Part shown: piece by piece, positions 1-12,760 of the stretch
Layout of the letters: each line of letters opens with the position of its first letter
How positions within the stretch are numbered: the stretch's first letter is position 1
Origin: Octopus vulgaris
Lineage: Eukaryota
DNA length: 64,000 nt
Reading direction: 5' to 3'
Assembly (NCBI GenBank): GCA_951406725.2
Contig: OX597838.1
Location: forward strand, 32,550,001 to 32,614,000
Translations under genes and position numbers: made by a program
Notes under the pieces: model-generated
Seen by the model: only the letters and a program-made list of their open reading frames with translations
What the model was told of the DNA's origin: nothing
The model's database searches: none

Positions 1-99
1 TCGGGAAGTGAGAAAGTCTTTTATGTTTCAAACCTATGCTCTTCGACAGAAAGGAACACAGAAATAAATAGGGAGAGAAACTAGCAAAAGCTTTAGTAG

Positions 100-145
<46 letters not shown>

Positions 146-564
146 TGTCCATTTAATTAAAAAATTCTATATGAGGCTGAAGATTGCTCTACATTTTAAA
201 ACTGATGTAATACTTACATTGTTAAATAAAATGAAGCAGCATGAAACCATTGTACTACACTACCTTGGATATCCTTGTTGCTTATTTGGATATATATCTT
301 TATATATAAAATTAAGATTAAGTTGAACTAGGTACTTTAATTGAGGCACCTTGCTAGGTCGGTATAATCTGCACACCCAAACAATATTAATTGAATATTG
401 CATATCAAGACAATATTGGTCATCTCATGAGAACGGTTTCTTTCGAATGATGTAATGTTTTCATTAATCAATTAAAGGAGCTGCTTGAAATGGCTATAAT
501 TAATTGACACCTGTACATATTTGTATGTATGTATGTATCTATCTATCTATATATACATATATCA

Positions 565-1445
565 TTTAGTTATCATTCAGCTAGTGTTAGGAACATAAAT
601 TCGAAGATTTTAATTCAAAACTTATGAAAACAAGACATTTGTACTAAGAGCCAGAGCCAGTTTTAGCCGGGTTGGTATCAAAAGGATTAAGAATTGTTTC
701 TCTATTATATATTTTAACCCTTTTGTTACCATATTTCTGTTGAGATGCTCTCTGTTTCCTTCAATTACTTTAACTATAACAAAGAATTTAGTAAAATAAC
801 TTAGTTATCATTCAGCTAGTGTTAGGAACATAAATTGTGACTAAAGTTTGATGGAAGATTTTAATTCAAAACTTATGAAAACAAAACATTTGTACTACAG
901 AGCCAGAGCCAGTTTCAGCCGGGTTGGTATCGAAAGGGTTAAGAATTGTTTCTCTATTATATATTTTAACCCTTTTGTTACCATATTTCTGTTGAGATGC
1001 TCTGTGTTTCTTTCAATTACTTTAAATATAACAAAGAATTTAGTAAAATAACTTAGTTATCATTCAGCTAGTGTTAGGAACATAAATTGTGACTAAAGTT
1101 TGGTGGAAGATTTTAATTCAAAACTTATGAAAACAAAACATTTGTACTACAGAGCCAGAGCCAGTTTCAGCCGGGTTGGTATCGAAAGGGTTAAGAATTG
1201 TTTCTCTATTATATATTTTAACCCTTTTGTTACCATATTTCTGTTGAGATGCTCTGTGTTTCTTTCAATTATTTTAAATATAACAAAGAATTTAGTAAAA
1301 TAACTTAGTTATCATTGAGCTAGTGTTAGGAACATAAATTGTGACTAAGGTTTGGTGGAAGATTTTAATTCAAAACTTATGAAAACAAGACATTTGTACT
1401 CAGAGCCAGAGCCGGTTTCAGCCAGGTTGTTAACGAAAGGGTTAA
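565..1445. repeat. tandem array (252-bp period, ~3.5 units) of a piggyBac-type MITE
   Basis: Units TTAA-CCCTTTTGTTACC...GGTA(A/T)CGAAAGGG-TTAA at 714-942, 966-1194 and 1218-1445, with a constant spacer between them. Confidence 0.85.
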
Positions 1446-2559
1446 TGCCTGCTGGTCCACATACATAGTTTGAATGACATACATACATGTATATATGTTT
1501 ACTCTAACCTGGGCCACAACTCCATAAACATGTCCCGTCCCTTTTTCTATAAGTCTTTTGGCTCCTGGTGATAAGGTTGGACAGTTGTACTGGCGGTGAT
1601 TATTGAACCAGCAATTCATGTCCTTCAATGTCCTCTTATCTCCAGACAATAAGCATGTCCTCTCTTTTGTTGGCATGTCAGTTTTAGAGAGGTCTTGTTT
1701 TCTGAGATTGTTTCCCCCTTTCAAGTGAAACTGCTTCTAATTTTCATTTAATAATCATGGTACATCATCTAGAGGTGGAGATCATCATCATCATCGTTTA
1801 ACGTCCGTTTTCCGCGCTAGCACGGGTTGGATGGTTTCGACCGGGGTCTGGGGAGCTAGGGAATGCCCCAGGCTCCAGTCTAGTCTGGCAGTGTTTCTAC
1901 AGCTGGATGCCCTTCCTAACGCCAACCACTCTGCGAGTGTAGTGGGTGTTTTTTACGTGCCACCTGCACAGGTGCCAGAGGGGTCTGGCATCGGCCACGT
2001 TCGGATGGTGCTTTTTATGGGGGTGGGGGCAGAAATATAGGGGAGCACCAGTGGGGAGGGGTGGTTCAGAGAAATGATGACAGGTTCTAGGCAAGTAGAA
2101 CATAGGATATTAAGAGAGGGGTAATGCATGGTGAAATAGCGTATTGAAGAGGGGGGTTCGAAGAGTAGACACAATCTTAATAAATCTAGAATTTATGTTG
2201 TATGGTATTTGATATATCTGTGTCTATGCATGCATGTATATATGTATGCACGTACATTTATACTCAGAGCTAGGGCCGGTTTCAGCTGGGTTGGTAACGG
2301 AATGTTAATCAATAGAATTTCTCCAAAACACCATTTTAACATAACCAACCTACAACTTAATTACTGCTTCATTCAAAGCCACATGCCTGAGGAATATTTT
2401 GTTCTGAGTTCACACTGGGGTTAACATAACTGATTAACCCACTCCCTAAAATTCCAGGCCTTGTGCCTATTATAGAAAGCATGTACATTGCAACATTTCC
2501 AACCAGTTAAGATTAGAAGCCATGAGAGTCACTGCCTGGTGTTGCATCAGGCATTTATT

Positions 2560-2926
2560 AATACCTCCGCCTTAGTGAAGGCGGAGGTAGTGTTTTCAGT
2601 CATGTTTGTTTGTTTGTCTGTGGACAAGATATCTCAAGAACCTGTGCATGGATTCAGATGAAACTTTCAGGGATGTTTGGCCTCGTGACTGGCACAAACT
2701 GATTAGATCTTGGGATCAATCTGGTACAGGACAAGGATTCTGGATTATTTTACCTGGTTTTTTTTTTTACTTAATATTTGAGAGCGGTCGGGTTCATTTT
2801 TAGTATTCTCGTTTGTGAGAGCAGTCGAGTTCATTTCAGATATTCTCATTTTAAAAATCATCTCTGGCTAATCATTGAGAGGACATTGGTGTTGCTTTGG
2901 CAGAGGTTTGTACTCTCTGAGTGCTC

Positions 2927-2930
<4 letters not shown>
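2560..2930. mobile_element. Helentron-associated (HINE/DINE-1-like) non-autonomous element
   Basis: Subterminal IR acctccgcc with a nearby ggcggaggt and a distal ggcagaggt, a gtttgtttgtctgt microsatellite, and a 3' hairpin-like end in T-rich flanks. Confidence 0.6.
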
Positions 2931-2961
<31 letters not shown>

Positions 2962-3002
2962 GCTATTGTTATTACTATTAATATCATTATTATTATTATT
3001 AT

Positions 3003-3465
3003 TGAGTGAGAGAGCGTGCATGCCATCAAAGTGACACTGAGGTAAAATATACGAAGCCCAGTATACCCATCATGACTACCCGTCTGATAAGAGTACACCA
3101 GGCACATGCATCACAACCATATGTGTGCGACATGGTGATCTCATATCAAGATAAACAGCGCATGACCTTGCAGGTGGGGCCCAGTTAGAATTTTCTTCTG
3201 GTCAAGTAGCCCATCCCGCTCAAAAGGTCCCTAAATAAGGGTTGTTTAAGGATGTTGAAAGAAACACTCATATTTCCAGAGGTGAATTATTCAAACCCCA
3301 AAGAATTCCTCTCAGCACATGGCTATGATGCTCCCCTACTACTTCTGCTCGTGGTCAGAGATGCACGTATCATCAGCCACTAGGGGACATGCTCAACTGG
3401 TTATGGTCAAACAACTGACAAGCAAATCTGTGGTATTGAACAGAATATTTGCTGTAGCCCGTCTT
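3003..3465 (-). mobile_element. non-coding (TAA)n-tailed interspersed element
   Basis: Same sequence recurs at 11501-12420 and 34510-35465. Most copies end ctctctcactc(aat)n. Confidence 0.8.
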
Positions 3466-3533
3466 TATTATTATTATCATTTATTATTATTATTATTAGT
3501 ATTAGTATTATTTTTATTATTATTATTATTATT

Positions 3534-3685
3534 CTATGTTTGACTTTTGCTTTATATTTGTACAAGTTGGCTCCAAGTCTCACCCAGAGACCTCAAGAGA
3601 CAACAGGGTTGGAAGTTCATGTTGTTGTTATGCCTAGTGTGCCATATATTTGGGGGGTGGGGATGTTGTACTAATGAATGTCTAA

Positions 3686-3720
<35 letters not shown>

Positions 3721-6700
3721 CGAAAATTATGTTTGTTTTAAACCTTGAGATTACATAGAGAGTATTTTGCGTAGGATATGAGCAGTTCCCATGAGCACTA
3801 TCTTTTGAACTTCTGCCATTTTTGGGTTTCCTGGTATCTGAGTTAGGTAGCTATCAGCCCCTTTTGCTATCATTCCCAGGGCACCTATGACAACAGGTAT
3901 TGTTTTAGTCTTCAGCTTCCACATTTTGCTGATTTCTATTTCAAGATCTTTATATTTGCTCAGTTTTTGGTAGGTCTTGACAGATACGTTTATATCGATT
4001 GGGACAGTCATATCAATGAGGAGGCATGTTCTTTGTTTGAAGTTTTTCAATATGATGTCTGGCCTATTTGCATCTATCTTCCTGTCAGTTTGAATGGTGA
4101 AGTTCCAGAGGAGTGAGATGTGGTCATTTTCAAGCACTGGGGGTGGTTTGTGTTCCCACCAGTTTTTTTCATGGGGCAAATCCAGGTTTTTACAGATTAC
4201 CCAGTGAATATATTGTGCAGCTCTATCGTGCCTGTTGAGATACTCTGTAGGCGCTAGAAGACTGCACTTGGAGACCACATGGTCAATGGTTTCATTTTGT
4301 TGCTTGCATACACGACACGTTGGACTGCTTCTGATCTTTAATATGTTGGCCTGGTAGTTTCTTGTTGGTAGGCATTGATCTTGAGCTGCTATGATAAACC
4401 CCTCTGTTTCAGATTTTAAGCCAGAGGCCATTAGCCATTGATGGGTCAGGGCTTTGTCGATATCTGCATTATTCGCTCTCATTGGGTATTTGCCATAGAG
4501 AGGTTTTTCTTGCCATTTATTATTCAGAATATCTAAGGCCGCAGTTTTGGCACGGGTTTTCATGCGCCTAGCTTTTTCTGTGCTTGTTTCTTGTATATCT
4601 ATCTCTAATTCCGAAATTGGTTGTATTCGGAGTTCACTTAGATATTCCTTTGCCCGTTTTGTGACTGAGTATGATGCTTTCTTGTTTTCATGTTTTGAGA
4701 CAAGTTTTAGCATCCAGTCCTCAGAGTTTTTCAGGTAGGTGTCTAGGCCAATTGTAGCAATCTTCATTGTTATTGCCAGTTGCAAAAGACCACGGCCTCC
4801 CTCTTTTCTTGGCAGATATAGTCGTTCTGTATCTGCCTTAGGGTGGTGCATTCTATGCATTGTCAACAGTTTCCTTATTTTTCTGTCGAGCTGACATATT
4901 TCAGTAATTGACCAGTTAACAATATTGAAACTGTAAGTCACGACTGGTATAGCTAATGCATTGATTGCTTCGATCCTGTTTCTTGCATTCAGCTCTGTCT
5001 TGAGTATTGCTCTCACTCTTCGATAGCATTCTCTCCTGATCCTTTCCTTCATCTCTGAATGCCTTATTCCGTTCCCTTCAATTATCCCTAGGTACTTGTA
5101 GCTCTCCGCTGGGTCTAGTTCTTTTATGACATTCTGTTGGTCAAGGTTAACGTTAGATGTTTCTGTCATTTTTCCTTTGATAAAGGTAGCCTTTGCACAT
5201 TTATCGAGGCCGAATTGCATTCTGATGTCGTCACTGAATTGTTTGACTATCGCTAGTAAGCCCTTGAGTTGTTGATCATTTTTTGCAAAAAGCTTTAAAT
5301 CATCCATGTAAATGAGATGATTTATATTTTTATCAAACATTTTATACCCGTACTGCGCGTCATTGAGCAGCTTTGAGAGAGGTATTAAGGATAAACAAAA
5401 GAGGAGTGGTGACAGTGAGTCACCCTGGAAAATGCCACACGAAATTTTTACATCACCAGCATTTAGGGATTCACTGTCACTGTTCAGAGTTAGTGTGGTT
5501 CTCCATGATCTCATACTTACAGTCAAGAAGTTTCGCAGAGTTGGTGCTATCTTATACATTTCAAGGCATTTCCTAATCCAGCTATGTGGTAGGCTATCAA
5601 AAGCCTTTTTATAGTCTATCCAGGCTATTGATAAGTTTTTGTGTCGTTTGTGACAATCTTCTAAGATCATCTTATTGATGAGTAGTTGGTCTTTACAGCC
5701 GTAGGATCCACGTTTACATCCTTTCTGTTCATTAGGGAATATGCTGCTGTCTGTTAAAAAACTATAGGTATATTCCGTCAGGACAGATGTTAGTGTTTTG
5801 TACATAGTTGTTAAGCAGGTTATGGGTCTATAGTTTTTTGGTTCATTTATTTCTTCACTTTTTGGAAGCAGGAATGTTAACCCATTAACTAGCCAAGGAG
5901 GCATCCTACTAGGGTGTTGCAAAACATCATTGTACAGTTCTGTTAGCAGTTCATGGCTCTCTGGGAAGGCATTCAGCCAGAAGTTAGGAATTTTATCCTT
6001 TCCTGGAGACTTCCATTTGCTTGACCTCCTGAGAGCAGATCTTATATCTTCTACCTTGACACCCTCCCACTTTTGCTCTTCTAAGGGGTCCAGTTCTGTA
6101 GATATTCTGTCAATCCAGGGGGCCTTTTCGTTGTGTGTTTTTTCTTCTGCCCAGATTTTATTCCAAAATCTCTGCACTTCTTCTTTTGATGGTACAGACC
6201 CTGCAGTAAACGCTGTTTTTCCTATCTTCCTGTAAAAATTCTTGGTGTTATTTTTGAACATGTTGTTGTCCTTGAAAAATCTAACACGCTTTTCATACCT
6301 CGCTATGCGGGCAGCTTTGGCAGATACCTTTTGTTTGATGGTTTCTATGGTGGCATCAATATCAAGTATAGTTTTCATATTGTATTTTTTCAGTAATTTT
6401 TGGGTTTTTGTAGGTTTGGTAATCTTGTGAGCCTTAAGGTTTTTCAAATATTCAATGTCAGATCTAAATATTTTAATTTGTTGTTGCAGACGCTCTTGCC
6501 AAGAAGGCTTTTTGTGGGACTGTTGCCGTTTTCTAATCTTTACACCACATAGGATCGTTGAGATTTTCGCGGATGCATAGTATAGGTGGTTGAGGTTTGT
6601 GATATCAACATCATTAACTGAAATTATATCCTTAAGTGCAAGCCGGATTTTACCAATTATTTTCATGTTTTGGTTAGAGTTGCGGATTTTAGGAAGTGTA

Positions 6701-6939
6701 TCACGCTCATCCATGCTGGTTTCTTTAATTTTCAGCCATTCAATCATGATTTGATTTTTTAGCTCATGTAGTTCTGTTGGGTCAATATTTGTGTGACTTT
6801 CTTTATCTATTTGATGCTCATCTGTCTTAGTGTTTATGATTGGTTCAGGGCGTATTTCACTTTGCCTATCACTTATACTAACTCTTTCAATCCTCTCTTC
6901 GTTTTTATCCGCCCTGGGCTGGTCTATAATCATTTCCTC

Positions 6940-6940
<1 letters not shown>
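3534..6940 (-). mobile_element. Dong/R4-like retrotransposon, probably 5'-truncated, inserted in (TAA)n
   Basis: ORF plus ~215-bp 3' UTR. (TAA)n tracts on both sides (about 3465-3533 and 6941-7129). Confidence 0.88.
3751..6933 (-). CDS. RT + restriction-like endonuclease ORF of an R4/Dong-clade non-LTR retrotransposon (1060 aa)
   Basis: Motifs KSPGKD, NYRPITCL, IDYKKAFDS, GIFQGDSLSP, YMDD, YKYLG, CCHC knuckle CRVC..ETIDHVVSKC, RHD, RPD..D and KLSKY. Confidence 0.95.
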   Translation of the reverse strand: MIIDQPRADKNEERIERVSISDRQSEIRPEPIINTKTDEHQIDKESHTNIDPTELHELKNQIMIEWLKIKETSMDERDTLPKIRNSNQNMKIIGKIRLALKDIISVNDVDITNLNHLYYASAKISTILCGVKIRKRQQSHKKPSWQERLQQQIKIFRSDIEYLKNLKAHKITKPTKTQKLLKKYNMKTILDIDATIETIKQKVSAKAARIARYEKRVRFFKDNNMFKNNTKNFYRKIGKTAFTAGSVPSKEEVQRFWNKIWAEEKTHNEKAPWIDRISTELDPLEEQKWEGVKVEDIRSALRRSSKWKSPGKDKIPNFWLNAFPESHELLTELYNDVLQHPSRMPPWLVNGLTFLLPKSEEINEPKNYRPITCLTTMYKTLTSVLTEYTYSFLTDSSIFPNEQKGCKRGSYGCKDQLLINKMILEDCHKRHKNLSIAWIDYKKAFDSLPHSWIRKCLEMYKIAPTLRNFLTVSMRSWRTTLTLNSDSESLNAGDVKISCGIFQGDSLSPLLFCLSLIPLSKLLNDAQYGYKMFDKNINHLIYMDDLKLFAKNDQQLKGLLAIVKQFSDDIRMQFGLDKCAKATFIKGKMTETSNVNLDQQNVIKELDPAESYKYLGIIEGNGIRHSEMKERIRRECYRRVRAILKTELNARNRIEAINALAIPVVTYSFNIVNWSITEICQLDRKIRKLLTMHRMHHPKADTERLYLPRKEGGRGLLQLAITMKIATIGLDTYLKNSEDWMLKLVSKHENKKASYSVTKRAKEYLSELRIQPISELEIDIQETSTEKARRMKTRAKTAALDILNNKWQEKPLYGKYPMRANNADIDKALTHQWLMASGLKSETEGFIIAAQDQCLPTRNYQANILKIRSSPTCRVCKQQNETIDHVVSKCSLLAPTEYLNRHDRAAQYIHWVICKNLDLPHEKNWWEHKPPPVLENDHISLLWNFTIQTDRKIDANRPDIILKNFKQRTCLLIDMTVPIDINVSVKTYQKLSKYKDLEIEISKMWKLKTKTIPVVIGALGMIAKGADSYLTQIPGNPKMAEVQKIVLMGTAHILRKILSM

Positions 6941-6976
<36 letters not shown>

Positions 6977-6994
6977 TATTATTATTATTATTAC

Positions 6995-7033
<39 letters not shown>

Positions 7034-7057
7034 TATTATTATTATTATTATTATTAC

Positions 7058-7129
<72 letters not shown>
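6941..7129. repeat. (TTA)n microsatellite
   Basis: Directly visible, with periodic TAC interruptions. Confidence 0.98.
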
Positions 7130-7669
7130 TAAATTGTCTTTGTCATGGTTTTTTTATGTAGTAACTCTTTCCATGGCCTTCCACCTGTTTTAGTAACTTT
7201 TATAGTTATTGTTTAGTTACTTGCACATAGTTACACACCCTGTTCTATGTAATATGAGAAACAATTCAAGTGAGAAATAGCTGCCATGTAAGGATATTAT
7301 TATTATTATTATTAATATCGTTATTCAAAGTCAAAAAATAACAAAAGGAAAATATAAGTCAAAAACATCAAAGCAATTTCACCACTCCCAACGTGGTTTC
7401 TGAATGCCCTTCATCATATCACAGCCTGCATTTGCTCTGAATCATTTTACTCAGTACTGTTCATTACCTCTAGTATGAATGGTACCTACTACCCATAGTC
7501 ACTGTGTACACTGCTTCAGAACATGGAGTGGGGAGGAGGCAATCCTCTGCATGATTAGTTAACGATGTTCAGTTGACTGTGGTCTTCAAACAAGTCTCAA
7601 AATGCCTGCTTTTCGGACTAATCTCTCTCTATATATATATAAACGGTAAAATGTCTGTGTGTGTGTGTG

Positions 7670-8220
7670 ATTGTGACTAAGGTTTGGTGGAAGATTTTAA
7701 TTCAAAAATTATGAAAACAAGACATTTGTACTCAGAGCCAAAGCCGGTTTCAGCCAGGTTGGTATTGAATGGGTTAAGAATTGTTTCTCTATTATATATT
7801 TTAACCCTTTTGTTACCATATTTCTTTTGAGATGCTCTGTGTTTCTTTCAATCAATTTTAAATATAACAAAGAATTTAGTAAAATAACATCGTTATCATT
7901 GAGCTAGTGTTAGGAACATAAATTGTGACTAAGGTTTGATGGAAGATTTTAATTCAAAACTTATGAAAACAAGATATTTGTACCCAGAGCCAGATTCAGC
8001 CAGGTTGGTAGCGAAAGGATTAAGGTTGTTTTTTTTGTTTTTCAATCTAGAGATGGATCTTATCTTGTGAGTTACATTACATTCTGTAAAGGGATTGGTG
8101 TTTGAAGGGGTTTCGGTAACCTCCACATGATTTAACCCTTTCATTACCATATTTCTGTTGAGATGTTCTATGTTTCTTTCCATTGATTTTAAATATAACA
8201 AGAAATTTAGTAAAATAAGA
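7670..8220. mobile_element. further copies of the same piggyBac-type MITE
   Basis: Same sequence and same inter-unit spacer as 565-1445. A partial copy at ~8132-8220 abuts the mariner. Confidence 0.8.
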
Positions 8221-9248
8221 CTGTGGAATAAATGATAATCAGGTGGAGCAATGTCCATTGAAGATGGTGGGTGAGGCATCATTTCCCATTCAACCTGTAT
8301 GTGGCCAAGCATTATCCTGATGGAAGAACACCTTTTGTCTTGAAACCAAAGATGGTCGTTTTTCTTCTAGCACTGACTTAAGCCACTCAAGCTGCTCACA
8401 GTAGATCTTTGTTATCGTTTGGTTTGGGTTTAAAAGTTCAAAGCAGACTAAACCTTTCATATCCCACCAAACAGATAATAACACCTTACATGGGTGAAGA
8501 CCTTCTTTAGACTGGGATGCTAGTGTTTCTCCTTTCCCTACCCACTGTCTTCAGCACCTGATATTTTTATATAAAACCCATTTCTCATCACCAGTCACCA
8601 TTTGATCCAAAAAAGGTTCATTCATGAAATGTGACAGCAAAGAAGAGCACACATTCACTCTCTGCATGTGATTAGACTCGCAAAGTCTATGAGAAACGCA
8701 TTGACACAATTTGCTGATTTTTCCAATGGTACGCAGGTGTTGGTCGATAAATGGTTGAATGACCAAATCCAAGCTTCTCTTCTAATTACTCAACAGTTAC
8801 AATGGGATTTCTTTCCACCAAGATTTGCAGGATGTCTAAGGTTTGAGGATGTCCTCATCAAGGTCTACAGATCATCCAGGATGAGGGTCATCTTCTAGGC
8901 TGTAGTTTCCAGTTCAGAGCTTCTGGAACCACTGCTGACACTGGCTGACGCTTATTGTCTAATCCCCATATACTGCATTAATATTCAATGCACTTTCTGT
9001 TGCATCGTTGCCTTTGTTCAACTCATAAAGCAAAGTATGCCGAAAATGCTGCTTTGTCACTTCCATTATGGCCTTGAAAAATAACGGCTAAAATTGAACT
9101 GCACTCTTCAAAACTTGCACTAAGAATAAGTACAAGGTAAAATTACTACCTTCTATTATAAGAAGGTAGTGCAGGTAGTTTATCCCCCACCCTCCAACTT
9201 TTAGTTCATGCAATTGAAAAAAACCGCATTATTTATGGGATAACCCAA
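8221..9248 (-). mobile_element. decayed mariner transposon
   Basis: Frameshifted pieces VTGDEKWVLY, MLLSVWWDMKG, FHQDNAWPH and HPPSSMDIAPPDYHLFHSL. TIR-like end ttgggttatcccataaataatgcgg next to TA at ~9248. Confidence 0.9.
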
Positions 9249-9308
9249 TACATATATATATGTGTATATATGTGTGTGTGTGTGAGTATATATATATGTG
9301 TGTGTGAG

Positions 9309-9359
<51 letters not shown>

Positions 9360-9582
9360 AAGCACAGGTGTGGGTGTGTGGTAAAAAGCTTGCTTCCCAA
9401 CCACATGGTTCTGGGTTCAGTCCCACCACATGGCACCTTAGGCAAATGTATTTTACCATAGCCTCAGGCCAACCAAAGCCTTGTGAGTGAATTTGATAGA
9501 GGGAAACTGAAAGAAGCCTGCCATATGTATGTACGTGTATATATATATATCTGCATGTATCTGTCTGTATTTGGCCCCTACC

Positions 9583-9815
9583 TATTTCTTTACTACCCAC
9601 AAGGGGCTAAACACAGAGAGGACAAACAAGGACAGACAAACGGATTAAGTCGATTACATCGACACCAGTGCGTAACTGGTACGTAATTTATCGACCCCGA
9701 AAGGATGAAAGGCAAAGTCGACCTCGGCGTAATTTGAACTCACAACGTAACGGCAGACGAAATACCGTGAATCATTTCGCCCGGCGTACTAACGTTTCTA
9801 CCAGTTCACCGCCGT
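9583..9815 (-). mobile_element. SINE family B (tRNA-derived, Nin-like core)
   Basis: gagttcaaatt B box and core gcctttcatcctttcggggtcgataaatt. More than 12 copies or fragments in the window. Confidence 0.85.
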
Positions 9816-10027
9816 TCAGTTATTATTCCTGCACCCATTATAAGAAAATGTAAATAATTTAACATAAATTTTATTACACAAATTCACTCTCTTTATTATC
9901 TTTTAGGTGGGGCCCCCACCTTCAATAAATGTTTTGTACTTTTTGTTGGTATATATTTATATGCCTGTAATTAGATCTAGACATATTTCTGTCTCTTTCT
10001 GTCCCTCTCTTCTTTTCAGTATGCATA

Positions 10028-10058
<31 letters not shown>

Positions 10059-10189
10059 ATGGCGCGCGCAGATCATGTGTGTGTGTGTGCAGATCATATG
10101 TGTGTGTAAGTATGTATACATGTATATATGCATATGTATAGGTGTATATCATATAAGTCGTGTGTGTGTGTGTACACACATCTGTATCT

Positions 10190-10267
10190 AATTATGTATG
10201 TATATATATACACACATACATATACATATATATATATATATATATACACACACATACATACATATAC

Positions 10268-10322
<55 letters not shown>

Positions 10323-10341
10323 CACACATACATACACATAC

Positions 10342-10430
<89 letters not shown>

Positions 10431-10510
10431 CACATACACACACATATATATACATACACACACACACACACATATATACACACATACACACACACGCACA
10501 TACACACGCT
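10190..10510. repeat. compound (TA)n/(CA)n microsatellite
   Basis: Directly visible. Confidence 0.97.
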
Positions 10511-11054
10511 AGTACACTGGGTATTTCCCAGGAAATCACTCACCTGGTGGTGAAAATGTTGAGTTTGAATCCTGCTAATTATGCCTAAAAATTTTCTTTT
10601 CAACAAAGTGTTTGTGTTATTTCGTGACCCTGTGAGAATTACTGCTGCTGCCTTTTACTCTTGTGAAGACAACTGCAAGAGAAGGATTTGACTAAGAGTA
10701 CGCCACTGTACTCAGAGAGAAAGCTTTCAAAAGGATCTTTTGCTCTGTGTTTGGTGGGGCATGAGGAAGCTAGGGGTGGGGGTAGGTGAATGGCCTGTGA
10801 GAGCAATAGAAATTATGGAGGAGGATGTCGTCAGTGAGGTGAGGGCTTGCAACAAATGCTACAATGAATTTAGTGTACAGGTGGGAGTTTAACTCTCAGC
10901 AGTTGACATATTTCATCAACCCTGAATGAATGAAAGGTGAAGGTGGAAATCAGAATGCAAAGAGCTGGAAGAAATATGAAAGGCATTTTTTTTTCCAGTG
11001 TTCTAATGATTCTGCCACGTTGCTGCCCTAATAATAATGATAATAATTAATTTG

Positions 11055-11466
11055 TTTATTGGCTACAAGGGCTAACAAAAATCAAATAAAACATGTAGGG
11101 ACAAAATACAGGACGAAAGTTACAAAAAGGGTTTTGTCCTTTTGGAAAGACTGTGTAAAAATTCAAGATAACAGCAAAAATATAATAAGTAAAAGCTCCC
11201 AATAGAGGGAGGCACTTCGAAAGGTTATTCGTGGAAAAACCCATAAAAGCCACGGGAGCCTAGTCAAAAAGGGGGTAGAGAGCCCTTTTCTCCTTTTATA
11301 TTTACCTTTTTTGTTACAGGTGTAACCTCAGAATTGGTCCATTTATACTGGCCATTCTTCTGACATTCACCCACCTTTCAATAAATTTGTTACGAGACAG
11401 CACTTCCCTCTCTACTCTCATCTTCCTTTTCAAGTGGAACTTGAAAAAATTAATGAGGCCTTGGCC
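11055..11466 (-). mobile_element. 3' end of an L1/Tx1-like LINE
   Basis: Minus strand reads GQGLINFFKFHLKRKMRVEREVLSRNKFIERW plus a 3' UTR. Homologous to 26068-26420 and 35775-36480. Confidence 0.55.
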
Positions 11467-11500
<34 letters not shown>

Positions 11501-11503
<3 letters not shown>

Positions 11504-12420
11504 ATGATTCATCTCTGGAAACATAGATGTTTCGTTCAACATCCTTAAACAACCCTTAATCAGGGACCTTTTGAGTGGGATGGGTTACCCCACCAGAAGA
11601 AAATTCTAACTGGGCCCCACTCGCAAGGTCATGCACTGTTTATCTTGGTATGAGATCACCATGTCGCGCACATATGGTTGTGATGCATGTGCCTGGTGTG
11701 CCCTTATCGGACGGGTAGTCATGATGGGTATACTGGGCTTCGTATATTTTACCCCAGTGTCACTTCGATGGCATGCTCTGCTCGCTCACTCAATAATAAT
11801 AATAATAATAATGAATGATTCATCTCTGGAAACATAGATGTTTCGTTCAACATCCTTAAACAACCCTTAATCAGGGACCTTTTGGTGGGATGGGTTACCC
11901 CACCAGAAGAAAATTCTAACTGGGCCCCACCCGCGAGGTCATGCACTGTTTATCTTGGTATGAGATCACCATGTCGCGCACATATGGTTGTGATGCATAT
12001 GCCTAGTGTACCCTTATCAGACGGGTAGTTATGATGAGTATACTGGGCTTCGTATATTTTACCTCAGTGTCACTTTGATGGCATGCACTGCTCTCTCACT
12101 CAATAATAATAATAATAATAATGAATGATTCATCTCTGGAAACATAGATGTTTCGTTCAACATCCTTAAACAACCCTTAATCAGGGACCTTTTGAGTGGG
12201 ATGGGTTACCCGACCAGAAGAAAATTCTAACTGGGCCCCACCTGCAAGGTCATGCATTGTTTATCTTGGTATGAGATCACCATGTCGCGCACATATGAAT
12301 TGTGATGCATGTGCCTGGTTAAGTCCATTATCAGACACCATGATGGGCATACTGGGCTTCGTACTTATTTTACCTCAATGTCACTTTGAAAGGCATGCTC
12401 TGTTTGTCACTGATAGATAA
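11501..12420 (+). repeat. three tandem ~310-bp copies of the (TAA)n-tailed element
   Basis: Each copy starts tgaatgattcatctctggaaacatag, and copies are separated by (AAT)n. Confidence 0.85.
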
Positions 12421-12514
12421 TAATAATGGTTTACTGCTATAGGTGCAAGGCTTGAAATCATGGGGAGGGGCTGAGTTTTGATTACACCAACCCCAGTATT
12501 CAATTGTTACCTAA

Positions 12515-12760
12515 TCTTAGTGGTTAGGGTGTCAGCATCATGATCGTAAGATTGTGGTTTCGATTCCTGGACCGGGCGACGCGTTGTGTTCTTGAGCAAA
12601 ACACTTCATTTCACGTTGCTCCAGTCCACTCAGCTGGCAAAAATGAGTAACGCTGTGATGGACTGGCGTCCCTTCCAGCTGGGGAACACGTACGCCATAG
12701 AAACCGGGAAACCGGGCCCATGACCCTGGCTAGGCTTTAAAAGGGTGCATTTATTTATTT
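12515..12760 (+). mobile_element. SINE family D (tRNA head + cttgagcaa(a/g)acactt core)
   Basis: ggtttcgattcc B box and gctccagtccactcagctggcaaaaatgagt. Relatives at 32165-32490, 32510-32780 and 60172-60500. Confidence 0.75.

Noticed and set aside
848-1303. Two near-identical 67-aa ORFs, and a possible CRISPR-like array
   Set aside because: They arise from the 252-bp MITE tandem. The spacers are identical and the DNA is eukaryotic.
6793-7161. Poly-Leu/Tyr/Ile ORFs (also 24247-24696, 25334-25674, 36333-37118)
   Set aside because: Trinucleotide repeat read-through.
10094-10606. Long ORFs rich in Y/I/C/V/H/T (also 20909-21640, 23698-24125, 45458-46342, 53645-54131)
   Set aside because: Translations of (TA)n/(TG)n microsatellites, not genes.
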